A DNA stretch of 63,882 nt, filler included, from Octopus bimaculoides (GCF_001194135.2; 4 parts of 4 records of this genome joined end to end with filler, not necessarily neighbours in it), one strand, 5' to 3'. Shown: positions 1-12,032, counted from the whole stretch's first letter. The notes: generated by a model from the letters alone, not told the origin. Numbers and translations are program-made.

Positions 1-42
<42 letters not shown>

Positions 43-627
43 CATGCATATGCGTATATTAACCTACAAACATACATGGGTACATCCGTGCACACACACA
101 CACGCACGCACGCACGCACGCACGCGCGCGCGTGCACATTTCCATAAACAACCTATCTCAATCTATCTCGATTCGTTTCCTGCGACGACCGGATCCTTAT
201 ATATTCTGCCGTTGATATTCATTTAACAAAGCCACCAAGTCCACTGATTACAGCCTTGGCTAACTCCTCTGGGTATAGACCGCAGCAACAGAATATTAAC
301 TGCAGGACTCTAATATCATGTAATACCGGTTTCTAATCTTGTGTCTCTCATTATTTTGCAATTTTAGGTTGTTTTTATTTTATTTTATTTTTTGTTGCTT
401 TTTTTAATTTTCTTCTCAGAATTTTATGTCTTTTTATTTAATTAGTGTGTTTGCCTTCCGTTGCAAATTATATTCTTGTGTATTGTCTCTGGTGTGTGTA
501 TTTGTATGCGGTTCTCATGTAGTGTCTTCGTTTATATGTGTATGCATATGAATGCATATCTATAATAATGTGTGTGTACATGTACGTATGCATACATACA
601 TATATACATACATATATACATACAGAT

Positions 628-666
<39 letters not shown>

Positions 667-999
667 NNNNNNNNNNNNNNNNNNNNNNNNNNNNNNNNNN
701 NNNNNNNNNNNNNNNNNNNNNNNNNNNNNNNNNNNNNNNNNNNNNNNNNNNNNNNNNNNNNNNNNNNNNNNNNNNNNNNNNNNNNNNNNNNNNNNNNNNN
801 NNNNNNNNNNNNNNNNNNNNNNNNNNNNNNNNNNNNNNNNNNNNNNNNNNNNNNNNNNNNNNNNNNNNNNNNNNNNNNNNNNNNNNNNNNNNNNNNNNNN
901 NNNNNNNNNNNNNNNNNNNNNNNNNNNNNNNNNNNNNNNNNNNNNNNNNNNNNNNNNNNNNNNNNNNNNNNNNNNNNNNNNNNNNNNNNNNNNNNNNNN

Positions 1000-1035
<36 letters not shown>

Positions 1036-1324
1036 GCACACACACGGCTGAATGAATATCGCATGGATATGTGGGTCTGTCGGACGTGATTTCAAAACTT
1101 GTCGAGTTTTCTTGAGTTTCTAGACAAATATGCCTATATTATAGAAAATTTCAATTGTGTTCCTTAGAAGCCCGTATTTGACAACGCACATTTCATAACA
1201 CACATTTCATAACATATTTCATAACGTACATATTCCACAGTACAAATCATATGTTTAACAGGGTGTACATTACGCACTTTACAGTATACATTTCCCATAT
1301 TCATTTCACATTCTCATAAATTGG

Positions 1325-1640
1325 TATTCCGTCGGTAACGACGATAAATGTTCTTATTGATCTGATCAACAGAACTGCTTCCTCTTGAAATTAACGTGCA
1401 AATGGGCTGAGTACTCCACAGATACGCGTATCCTTAAGTTATCAGGGAGATTCAGCGTGAAACAATGTGACAAGGGCTGGCCTCCTTTGAATTACAGATA
1501 CAACTCATTTTTGCCAGTTGTGTGGATTGCAGCAACGTGAAATAAAGTGTCTTGTTCAAGGACACAGTGCTCTGCCAAGAATTGAACTCGCGACCTTGTG
1601 GTCATGATCTGAATACCCTAACCACTAAGCCATGTATCCA
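1325..1640 (-). mobile_element. Diverged SINE, family-B body with a variant head
   Basis: Matches the 3' body of the family-B copies (gatctgatcaacagaact...cagatacgcgtatccttaa...gtgacaagggctggcc) followed by a decayed tRNA-like head. Confidence 0.75.
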
Positions 1641-1927
1641 CCGCAAATAACTGGTACTTCATCAATTTCGATGAGGAGTATTCTACTAGATTTGATCAAC
1701 GGAACAGCAAGTGACTGAGTACTCCACAGACACGCACTCTTAATGTAGTTCTCAGATGCACACAATCACACACACGTCACAAACAAACACACTGAAACGC
1801 ACATACACACCATGTACACACACACACACACACACACCTCACACACACACACACCTCATACATACATACACACACACACCTCACACGCACACACACACAC
1901 ACACACACAAACGTTTCCCCCACTTAC

Positions 1928-1996
1928 CATAAGTTCGGTCTACCAATGTTGTGATTCGAACGCAGGACCGCACAAAACAATCTCCTTTTCTAAACG
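1928..1996 (-). CDS. Candidate 69-nt phase 1-1 micro-exon, product unknown ((x)FRKGDCFVRSCVRITTLVDRTY)
   Basis: Acceptor gatgttgtttacag|CG, donor ATG|GTAAGT, length divisible by 3, a single open frame, unique sequence. No homology recognised. Confidence 0.25.
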
Positions 1997-2189
1997 CTGT
2001 AAACAACATCAGCGAGCGGCTTCTATATTAAGAACGTTGTCTCCAATCTAACATTGTTATCTTCCTCTCCTGGGGCACCGAAACACCACTTCAAATGATT
2101 TTCAAGTCTTTTATCTCTTCTGTCCGTGTTTTTTCTCCATCTTGTTTTGTTGACAGCAAAAAGCTACGTTGTCTGGTCTTCAAACACAG

Positions 2190-2495
2190 TGTTTGGTGGT
2201 GGCGGTAGTGTTGGTGGTGGTTGTGGTGGAGGTGGTGGTGGAAATGATGATTGTAGTAGCGGTGGTGGTGGTGGTTATGGTGGTTGTAGCGGTGGTGGAG
2301 ATGATGATTGTAGAAGCGGTGGTGGTGGTGATAGTGGTAGTGGCGGTGGTGGTAGTTGTGGTGGCGGTTGTGCTGGTGATGGAGGTGGTGGTGCAGACGC
2401 TGTTGATGGTGCTGGTGGTGGTAGTGGTGGTGTTGGTGGTGGTGCTAGTTGTGGTGGTGGTGGTGGTGGTACTGGGGTTGGTGGAGGTGGCTTCC
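2190..2495. repeat. Degenerate (GGT/GAT/AGT)n trinucleotide array
   Basis: Direct reading; contains an internal ~40-bp duplication (ggtggtggaaatgatgattgtagtagc / ggtggtggagatgatgattgtagaagc). Confidence 0.9.
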
Positions 2496-2630
2496 GGTTG
2501 GCTGCAGTGCTTAACCCAATTTGACCCAAAGTTAAACTTAACTGAGTGGAGTGAACCTCCAAACTAATCCACCCATGACGATCTCGACTTTATCCAATGC
2601 GTACGAAATTCAGTACTACAGGAAAGACAA

Positions 2631-2791
2631 CAGGATATGGTTTGAGGGTGATTTGGCTGCTATTTCTACCATATAGAGCTTTCCTTCCTTGGCTCATGCA
2701 TACGTAAGACAGAAGAGATTAATTTGAGGGCGATTTTGTTGCTATTACAGACAGGCCTAGTTATTATGTAGAGGTCTCTCTTGCATTGGCC
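2631..2791 (+). repeat. Two tandem copies of a short dispersed repeat (family D, core atttgagggtgatttggctgctatttcta)
   Basis: Same core recurs at about 22819, 27483, 48668 (+) and 61776, 44300 (-). Confidence 0.7.
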
Positions 2792-2921
2792 AATACCTAC
2801 CTACCTACCTACATACATACATACATACATACATACATACATACATACATGCCCTGATGCAGTACCAGGCATTTATTATTATTGTTGTTGTTGTTATTAT
2901 TATTATTATTATCATTAAGGC

Positions 2922-3125
2922 AAGGCAGCGAGCTGGCAGAAACGTTAGCACACCGGGCGAAATGTTTAGCGGTATTTCGCCTGTTCCGAGTTCAAATTCC
3001 GCCGAGGTCGACTTCGCCTTTAATCCTTTCGGGGTCGATAAATTAAGTACCAATTGCGCCCCCCCCCTCCTCCTCCAAAATTTCGGGCCTTGTGCCAAGA
3101 GTAGAAAAGGTTATTATTATTATTA
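2922..3125 (+). mobile_element. SINE family C with (TTA)n tail, followed by the 5' start of a second copy (3135-3180)
   Basis: aaggcagcgagctggcagaaacgttagc head, B-box-like gagttcaaattcc, core gtcgacttcgcctttaatcctttcggggtcgataaattaagtacc; more than 10 copies in the window. Confidence 0.9.
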
Positions 3126-3302
3126 AGGCATCGAAAGGTGGCGAGCTGGCAGAACCGTTAGCGGGCCGGGCGATATTCTGAATGAAGTGTAGAGTAAGGA
3201 ACGGGTGTCTGTCGGCTATAGGGGCTTGTCAAGAAATTTTTCTAGGTTCCCCACGCCTCCATTGGATCATGACTTCGTTAAGTCATACACACACATATGC
3301 GC

Positions 3303-3460
3303 AGGCGTGGTTGTGTGATAAGAAACTTGCTTCCCAACCACATGGTTCTGGGTTCAGTCCCACTGCGCGGCACCATGGGCAAGTCTCTTCTACTATAGCC
3401 TCGGATCGACCAAAGCCTCGAGAGTGGATTTGGCAGATGGAAACTGAAAGAAGCCCGTCG
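3303..3460 (+). mobile_element. SINE family A, 5' half
   Basis: tRNA-like head ggcgtggttgtgtgataagaaacttgc...gggttcagtcccactgcg, ending gaaagaagcccgtcg(ta)n; repeated throughout the window. Confidence 0.9.
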
Positions 3461-3498
3461 TATATATATGCACTATATATGTATGTATTTATATATAG

Positions 3499-3883
3499 GT
3501 GGAGGCGCAATGGCCCAGTGGTTTGGGCAGCGGACTCGCGGTCATAGGATTGCGGTTTCGATTCCCAGACCGGGCGTTGTGAGTGTTTATTGAGCGAAAA
3601 CACCTAAAAGCCCCACGAGGCTCCGGCAGGGGATGGTGGCGAACCCTGCTGTACTCTTTCACCACAACTTTCTCTCACTCTTACTTCCTGTTTATGTTGT
3701 GCCTGGAATTCAAAGGGGTCAGCCTTGTCACACTCTGTGTCACGCTGAATATCCCCCGAGAACTACGTTAAGGGTACACGTGTCTGTGGAGTGCTCAGCC
3801 ACTTACACGTTAATTTCACGAGCAGGCTGTTCCGTTGATCGGATCAACTGGAACCCTCGTCGTCGTAAGCGACGGAGTGCCAA

Positions 3884-3884
<1 letters not shown>
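3499..3884 (+). mobile_element. Full-length SINE family B (tRNA-derived)
   Basis: A box tggcccagtgg, B box ggtttcgattcc, 3' end ...gtcgtcgtaagcgacggagtgccaac; near-identical copies at 5263, 7398, 19445, 38262. Confidence 0.92.
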
Positions 3885-3929
<45 letters not shown>

Positions 3930-4009
3930 TGTATTAATAGAAATTCAGTACATAGAATTCTCTTTGACTATATTTGATTAATGATATATGTATGTATGTG
4001 TGTGTGTTT

Positions 4010-4204
4010 GTGCATGTGTTTGTCGCCCCTCACCCGCCATCGCCGATGTTGGTTTGTTTACGTCCCTGTAACATAGCGGTTCGGTAGAAAAAGACCCATA
4101 GAAAAAGCACCAGGATTACAAAGAATAAGTCCTGCGTCGATTTGTTCGACTAAAGGCGGTGCTCCAGCATGGCCGCAGGCAAATGACTGAAAGAAATAAA
4201 AGAA
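4010..4204 (+). mobile_element. SINE family A, 3' half
   Basis: gtttacgtccctgtaacatagcggttcgg...cgactaaaggcggtgctccagcatggccgcag...gactgaaag. Confidence 0.88.
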
Positions 4205-4234
4205 TATATATGTGTGTGCGTGTGTGTGTGCTTA

Positions 4235-4382
4235 CGACGGGCTTCATTCAGTTTCCTTCTATCAAGGCTTTGAACGACCGAAGCTGTAGTAGATATTATT
4301 TGCACAAAATGTGGCACTGAGAGGGAATGAACCCGGCACCATGAGGCTGGAAGGTAAGCTTCGTATGACAGAGCCACGCCTG
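4235..4382 (-). mobile_element. Diverged SINE family A, 5' half
   Basis: Reverse complement of the A head (acgacgggcttcattcagtttcc...gagccacgcct). Confidence 0.8.
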
Positions 4383-4743
4383 CGCGTAGATAATTCCGTG
4401 GTGCTTACATGCAAGAATTCCAGATTAAAAGCAGCGATGTTGCGATGACCCGTGAGTCAGCTTATCGCGACATTGGACGCGAATCGTCGACATGCGTCGC
4501 TGTCAAAATTTGTGCGGAATACAACGCTGCGACATTAATCAGTTCGATCTACGCAACTTTGTTCCGGCCACGATTCGCGATAACGGAACAAGCTTCGCTG
4601 TACGTCGGAAACATTTCGTATCTCAAGAGACTTCGTGAAGGAGACCATGGAGATTTGCTGTTTGACGAGGATTGCGAGGAGGAGGGGGATAGATACAGGA
4701 ATAATATGGATGTGTGTGTATGCGTGTGTACTTCTCTGTGTGC

Positions 4744-4792
<49 letters not shown>

Positions 4793-5207
4793 TAAAAGAA
4801 GAAAAGAGAGAAAGTCTCCGTGTGTAGGCATGTATATGTATTTATGATAGTGAGCATGTGTGTGTGTGTGTAGATGTATGTGAATGCGTTGTGTACGTAT
4901 GTGTAGGTGCTGTGTGTATGTATGTGTATATATCTGTATGCATAAATGTATGTATGTATGTATGCGTGCAGTTGTGTTTCTTGCATATATGTGCTTGTAT
5001 GCACGTATTTCATATGTATATGTGTATGTATATAAGCTCGTATTAAGGTGTGTATGCACGCCTATATGTATGCATGTGCAAGTATGACATCTATGTAGGT
5101 TTGTGTGTTTGTGTATGCACGTATGAAGGTGTATATGTAGGTATATATTTTTGTATGCTTGTGCATATGTATGGGTGAATGTATAAATGTGTGTGTATAT
5201 GTGTATG

Positions 5208-5262
<55 letters not shown>

Positions 5263-5265
<3 letters not shown>

Positions 5266-5551
5266 GAGGTGCAATGGCCCAGTGGTTAGGGCAGCGGACT
5301 CGCGGTCATGGGATCGCAGTTTCGATTCCCAGACCTGGCGTTGTGAGTGTTTATTGAGCGNNNNNNNNNNTTCTCCCACTCTTTCTTCCTGTTTCAGTTG
5401 TACCTGTAATTCAAAGGGGTCAGCCTTGTCACACTCTGTGTTACGCTGAATATCCCCGAGAACTACGTTAAGGATACATGTGTCTGTGGAGTGCTCAGCC
5501 ACTTGCATGTTAATTTCACGAGCAGGCTGTTCCGTTGATCGGATCAACTGG
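5263..5551 (+). mobile_element. SINE family B, interrupted by a 10-N gap and lacking the extreme 3' end
   Basis: Near-identical to 3499-3884. Confidence 0.9.
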
Positions 5552-5749
5552 CGCTGGGTTTCTCCAATCATTAGGATATCTTCAATAGGGAAACAGACCC
5601 ACATGAATTGCTCGGTGGAGCTCGAAAGGGTCATCTACAAAGGGGAAGGGGGTGGGGGTGAGGGCGCGCTTTGACGTAAGTGTGAAGAAAACTATGGAAA
5701 GACACTCTCGCTAGGAAGAGAAAGGGAAAACAAACAAACAACAACAACA

Positions 5750-5872
5750 ACACTCGCCAACAACAAGAGATATTTGCATATCATCATCATCATCATCGTC
5801 TTTATTAACTTTCTTATCGTTATTACTACCACTGCTACTACTACTACCACTACTACCACCAGTTTCACTACC

Positions 5873-5904
<32 letters not shown>

Positions 5905-6175
5905 CACTACCACAACGACTACTACTATTACGACTACTACTACTACCACCACCACCACTACTTTTTCTGCTACTACCACCACCACCACCACCACCACCAC
6001 CACTACTACTACTACCACTACTACTTCTACTACTACTACAGCTGTTCTCTTATTTTATTATTGATTTTATTCTTATAAATTTCTTTAGCGTTACCATGGT
6101 CATCATCACCATCATCATCATTATTATCATTATTATTATTATTATTATTATTATTTGTTGTTGTTGTTGTTTTTG
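5750..6175. repeat. Compound trinucleotide array (CAA, CAT, TAC/CAC, CAT, TAT, TGT)
   Basis: Direct reading. Confidence 0.9.
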
Positions 6176-6885
6176 ACGTAAATATGATCATCATTTTCAT
6201 GATCTCTGTTATTCTTAATATGAATATCATTTCTGTATCATTTTCACATTTATTACTATTTTCGCGATTTTATTCTTGCTCTGATTATGAATTGCTGTCG
6301 GGAGTGTTCGTTCTTGTTGTTGCCCCCGTTGCTTGTCGACTCCCGTTTGCGCCGGAACAAACCGGAACATCAAAGCAAATTGCGTATTTTGAAAGTTCTT
6401 CGGACCGTGGACCTTAAACGCATGCATGCATGCGTCTATGACTGTAGGAATTTGTGTACGTATGTATGCGTGTATGTATGTATGTATATATGCATGCGTG
6501 TGCGTGTATGTATGTGTGTGTGCGTGGATGTACGTATGTATGAACGTATGTGTGTGTGCGTGTATGTGTGTGTGCGTTTGTGCATGTATGCATGTGTGGG
6601 CGTGTATGTATGCGTGTATACGTGTATGTATGTGCATATGCGTCTATGTATGTGTATGTGCGTGTATGCATGTGTATATGTGCATGTTTCTATGTATGTA
6701 TATATGTATGGTTGTATGAATGCATGTATGTGTATATATATGTGTGTGTGTGCGTGTATGCATATATATATATGTATATATATACACACACACACACATA
6801 TTTCGATACATGCACAGACATATATATATAGTTAGATAGAAAAAAATAATCTCTCGCTGTCACACCCATATACTTATTTGTGTTA

Positions 6886-6945
<60 letters not shown>

Positions 6946-7348
6946 CCACGCATGTTTGTGTGTATGTATATGTATATATACACATGGTAAGATATACGCA
7001 TGCGCACGTATATCTATAACATTTTAATACACCGATGCATAAATGGAGGCAGGGATTCTGCCACATACACGTGCATCCGCCCACGCGGTGCCATCCATCC
7101 ACACACATACACACATATATACACACACACACAACACCGCATATTCACAGATGCACACATGATATTTTTACGACATAACATCTCATAATTAAGTTTGGCG
7201 CATTTCCAAAGATGTCTACAGACAGTTTCCATTTTCGTTCAAAAAGAATTGGTTGATGATAAAGAAACGGACCAAGTATGAATAATAATAATAATAATAA
7301 CAATATTGATGATGATGATGACGACGACGACGATGATGATGATGATGT

Positions 7349-7382
<34 letters not shown>

Positions 7383-7397
7383 AATATTGTTGTTGTT

Positions 7398-7905
7398 GGT
7401 ACTCCGTCGCTTACGACGACGAGGGTTCCAGTCGATCCGATCAACGGAACAGCCTGCTCGTGAAATTAACGTGCAAGTGGCTGAGCACTCCACAGACACG
7501 TGTNNNNNNNNNNATATTGTTGTTGTTGGTACTCCGTCGCTTACGACGACGAGGGTTCCAGTCGATCCGATCAACGGAACAGCCTGCTCGTGAAATTAAC
7601 GTGCAAGTGGCTGAGCACTCCACAGACACGTGTGCCCTTAACGTAGTTCTCGGGGATATTCAGCGTGACACAGTGTGACAAGGCTGGCCCCTTTGAATTA
7701 CAGGCACAACAGAAACAGGAAGAAAGAGTGAGAGAAAGCTGTGGTGAAAGAGTAAAGCAGGGTTCGCCACCACCCCCTGCCGGAGCCTCGTGGGGCTTTA
7801 GGTGTCTTCGCTCAATAAACACTCACAACGCCCAGTCTGGGAATCGAAACCGCGATCCTATGACCGCGAGTCCGCTACCCTAACCACTGGGCCATTGCGC
7901 TTCCA
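7398..7905 (-). mobile_element. SINE family B; a 120-bp block is duplicated across the 10-N gap
   Basis: Reverse complement of 3499-3884; 7384-7503 is identical to 7514-7633. Confidence 0.9.
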
Positions 7906-7910
7906 TATTG

Positions 7911-8119
7911 AAGGATACCATACACAAATCATGCTTCCTCATCGATAGGAATGTCTCGATCGACATAAATGTATCTGTCAAGACCAACCAAAATCTGATC
8001 AAGTACAGAGGTCTTGAAATAGAAATTGGCAAAAACTCGAGCCTGAAGACGAATACATTACCTGTTGTCATAGGTGCGCAAGGAATGGCAGCAATAAGGG
8101 GCTGATGGGAACTGCTCAT
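7911..8119 (+). mobile_element. R4/Dong-like non-LTR retrotransposon, 3' fragment of the restriction-like endonuclease domain
   Basis: KSCFLID..V.ID.NVSVKT...L.KYRGLEIEIGK..SLKTNTLPVVIGAQG...LMGTAH follows the RLE C-terminal consensus (CFLID..VP.D.N....EK..KY.DL..EI...W......PVVIGALG). Confidence 0.8.
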
Positions 8120-8151
8120 GGGAAGTGCCTATGAAGAAAACATTGGTACTA

Positions 8152-8266
8152 TTTCGAAGAAAACATTGGTATTATTCCAGAAGGAATGGATTCACAATGA
8201 TGAGAAAATTGTATCGTTTTACATCATTTTATTCCTTCTGGAATAATACCAATGTTTTCTTCGAAA
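8152..8266. repeat. Perfect 36-bp inverted repeat (8152-8187 / 8231-8266) with a 43-bp partly self-complementary spacer
   Basis: tttcgaagaaaacattggtattattccagaaggaat versus attccttctggaataataccaatgttttcttcgaaa, checked base by base. Confidence 0.95.
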
Positions 8267-8313
8267 CATATGTCGGAAGTATAAAGATTTGAATAACATC
8301 TGTATGTAACTCC

Positions 8314-8381
<68 letters not shown>

Positions 8382-8749
8382 TTGTATGTATGTATACTAT
8401 TTTATTCTACGGAAAATCAACAGATGGACACCAACAATTGCAGATTCGTACAGAGTCAGATTCAGGCAAACGAAATACAACAGATTCGTCGAAATTGGCT
8501 GTTTGTCTTTTTATTCAAGGCTGAAGGATGAGTGAGGGTTATCCATCCAACGACCTAATAACAGCTCCCTTGAAGAGCTATGGTCACTGCAGGTCCATGG
8601 CACAGATCGTGCGAAAGAAACACGAGTTCATCTGCTCCTATGCAAATGAACTCAGATCGAGCCGTATATCGACCTATTAGAAAGCATAACGAAGTGCTCA
8701 ATGACGACTCTGCGTGCATCTCCGTCGTATGTGTGTATGTATGTATATA

Positions 8750-9213
8750 TGGTGGTTGTCTACTCCTTATGCATTGTCTGACCACCTCCTGTACCTGCAC
8801 CTTAGAAACATCATGGCATCTGATGTGGCTTTTTAAACCAGACAACGTTTTGAAAAAACACCCACGTAGACTGCATATCCGATTTGGACCACCAAGAGCT
8901 GCAGATAAGTTTTGATCTTTGTGGATCTTAAAATGTCTTTTGAGGCCCCTGTTAGGTTTGCAGACCTTATGGCATATATGGCATTGAAAAGTGTGCACAG
9001 ATAAAGGGGCAGAATAGTTGGTGGCGGTTCTTTTTCCATGGGCCGCAAATGAAATTTGAGCCCAGTAAAAGAAACGCATGATGTCACAAAATTGTACACA
9101 GAAAAAGGTGTTTGGGATTTAGTTCCTCGTTGATCGTAGAATTTTTCTTCGAATTTCTTTTGAGTTTCGAGTAGGGCGTCCTGGTTTCTTTAAAAGCTTT
9201 CACTCCATTTCAT
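8750..9213 (-). mobile_element. RTE-type LINE 3' end with C2H2 zinc fingers (decayed), running into a gap
   Basis: FQCHICHKVCKPNRGLKRHFKIH and GCFFKTLSGLKSHIRCH; collinear DNA similarity with 17821-18295; (TACA)n-like tail. Confidence 0.8.
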
Positions 9214-10042
9214 NNNNNNNNNNNNNNNNNNNNNNNNNNNNNNNNNNNNNNNNNNNNNNNNNNNNNNNNNNNNNNNNNNNNNNNNNNNNNNNNNNNNNNN
9301 NNNNNNNNNNNNNNNNNNNNNNNNNNNNNNNNNNNNNNNNNNNNNNNNNNNNNNNNNNNNNNNNNNNNNNNNNNNNNNNNNNNNNNNNNNNNNNNNNNNN
9401 NNNNNNNNNNNNNNNNNNNNNNNNNNNNNNNNNNNNNNNNNNNNNNNNNNNNNNNNNNNNNNNNNNNNNNNNNNNNNNNNNNNNNNNNNNNNNNNNNNNN
9501 NNNNNNNNNNNNNNNNNNNNNNNNNNNNNNNNNNNNNNNNNNNNNNNNNNNNNNNNNNNNNNNNNNNNNNNNNNNNNNNNNNNNNNNNNNNNNNNNNNNN
9601 NNNNNNNNNNNNNNNNNNNNNNNNNNNNNNNNNNNNNNNNNNNNNNNNNNNNNNNNNNNNNNNNNNNNNNNNNNNNNNNNNNNNNNNNNNNNNNNNNNNN
9701 NNNNNNNNNNNNNNNNNNNNNNNNNNNNNNNNNNNNNNNNNNNNNNNNNNNNNNNNNNNNNNNNNNNNNNNNNNNNNNNNNNNNNNNNNNNNNNNNNNNN
9801 NNNNNNNNNNNNNNNNNNNNNNNNNNNNNNNNTATATATATATATATATATATATATATTGTGTGAGTGTATGTATACACACACACACACACACTGGCAT
9901 CTCTTCTAATAAAACTTCCATTATCGAAATGAAGAACACACGTACACATATAGTCACTTACAAACGAATACATACTCGCGCGCACACACACACTCTCTGT
10001 ACATAATGTATGTATATATGCATATATATGTGTGTGTGTATG

Positions 10043-10084
<42 letters not shown>

Positions 10085-10129
10085 CCTATGTATGTGTATA
10101 TGCATATATATTTGTGTATATATACATGT

Positions 10130-10162
<33 letters not shown>

Positions 10163-10331
10163 TACATACATATGCATATATACACGCACACAAGCATATA
10201 AGTATATATATTTATTATCTGTCTGTCTATCAGTCTATCAGTCTCCATCTCTCTCTCTCTCCCTGAATATATATATATACATACATACTGACACTTATGC
10301 ATGTACAGAGAGTAAGAGAGCGAGAGAGAGA

Positions 10332-10379
<48 letters not shown>

Positions 10380-10734
10380 GCTTTTTGTGTGTATCTTGTA
10401 TGTATGTATGTATGTGGGTGTGTGTTTGTGTGTGTGTGTGGTAAAAATGCACAGCGCAGAGACGATGCAGAACGCACAAAACAAAATGCTAGATATAAAA
10501 GAACACACACGAGAACAGAAAGCATTGTGGACAAATAGAATGGTATTCTTAACCATGATATTTTTCAAACTGAACAACAACAACAACAACAATAATAATA
10601 ATAATGATAATGATGATGATAATAATAACAACAACAACAGTAGCACTGATAAACACGGAACTGTTAATAAAAGGGATACTAAGATATAAGAAAACCAATA
10701 AAAACCATTGAAGAACGCCATTAGCACAATTTAC

Positions 10735-10930
10735 GTCCTCCATCGTTTTCTCTTCCGCTTTTGGCCGCCATCTTGCCTTCGCTCCCATCTTTGTTTGGTC
10801 TTGTCATTATTCTCTTTTTTCTCTGTGCTTTTTTGCTTTTTTTATTTATTTTTTTTATTATTCATGAAAGCGTCAACCATTTCGCTGGCTTAAGGATACT
10901 ATTTTGTTTGTTCAGCGGACGGAAGTGGAT
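10735..10930 (-). promoter_or_regulatory. Candidate promoter/first exon: YY1 motif and ETS-like motifs
   Basis: GCCGCCATCTTG at 10764-10775 (CAAGATGGCGGC on minus), CTTCCGC at 10752-10758, CGGAAGTG at 10920-10927, in unique sequence. Confidence 0.35.
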
Positions 10931-11658
10931 GTTTTGACATTTTATACATACGCAATATCTACGTATATACGTTTTATGTATTGTATATCATGTATGCTTG
11001 CATGTATGCTTGCATGTATGCTTGCATGTATGTATGTATGTATGTATGTATGTATGCTTAATGTATTGTATATTATGTATGTAAACGTGTGTATATTTGT
11101 ATGCTTGCATGCATTCATGTATGTATGTATGTATGTATGTATGTACATATATATGTATTCATATATGTTTGTATCTACATGTGTGTATGTATGCATAGAT
11201 GGATGGATGGATGGATGTACTGCCGGTTGTGTGAGTACATATGTATAAATATATGTACGAATATGTATTCTGTGTATGTGTGTGTGTTTCCATTTGTATA
11301 TGTATGGGTATATNNNNNNNNNNNNNNNNNNNNNNNNNNNNNNNNNNNNNNNNNNNNNNNNNNNNNNNNNNNNNNNNNNNNNNNNNNNNNNNNNNNNNNN
11401 NNNNNNNNNNNNNNNNNNNNNNNNNNNNNNNNNNNNNNNNNNNNNNNNNNNNNNNNNNNNNNNNNNNNNNNNNNNNNNNNNNNNNNNNNNNNNNNNNNNN
11501 NNNNNNNNNNNNNNNNNNNNNNNNNNNNNNNNNNNNNNNNNNNNNNNNNNNNNNNNNNNNNNNNNNNNNNNNNNNNNNNNNNNNNNNNNNNNNNNNNNNN
11601 NNNNNNNNNNNNNNNNNNNNNNNNNNNNNNNNNNNNNNNNNNNNNNNNNNNNNNNNNN

Positions 11659-11707
<49 letters not shown>

Positions 11708-12032
11708 GTAGGTATGTATCTATTTAATGGATGCATGTGAGGGTACGTATGTGTGCGTGTATACTTCTCATTTCAGTTATGGGACAGCTGCCGTGCTACA
11801 GCATCACCCTGGGATATTTACTCGTACAAATCTATCCAAGTAGTTATTTTTCTAAGACCTGCTATTTAATCTAAACGTCTCTGTCGCCGTAACGCCATCT
11901 ATGTATGTACGTATGTATGTATGTGTGTTTTTGTGTATGTATGTACACATGCGTGTGTGTGTATGTGTGTACGTATGGATGCATGGAAGTAGTAATATTA
12001 ATAATAGCAACAACAAAAGCAACAGTAATAGT

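Noticed and set aside
2126-2524. Gly-rich 132-aa ORF resembling a structural protein
   Set aside because: Entirely a degenerate (GGT)n array, starts at TTG, and similar arrays are common here.
2922-3125. SINE C mobilised by the (TAA)n-associated R4/Dong LINE
   Set aside because: No 3'-end similarity to the LINE at 59796-59870, and the tail repeat lies on the opposite strand sense (TTA versus TAA).
3499-3575. tRNA gene
   Set aside because: A and B boxes are present but there is no acceptor stem and it continues into a SINE body; the same holds for the family A and C heads.
7384-7633. 120-bp tandem duplication inside SINE B
   Set aside because: Identical blocks on either side of a 10-N gap: overlapping contig ends.
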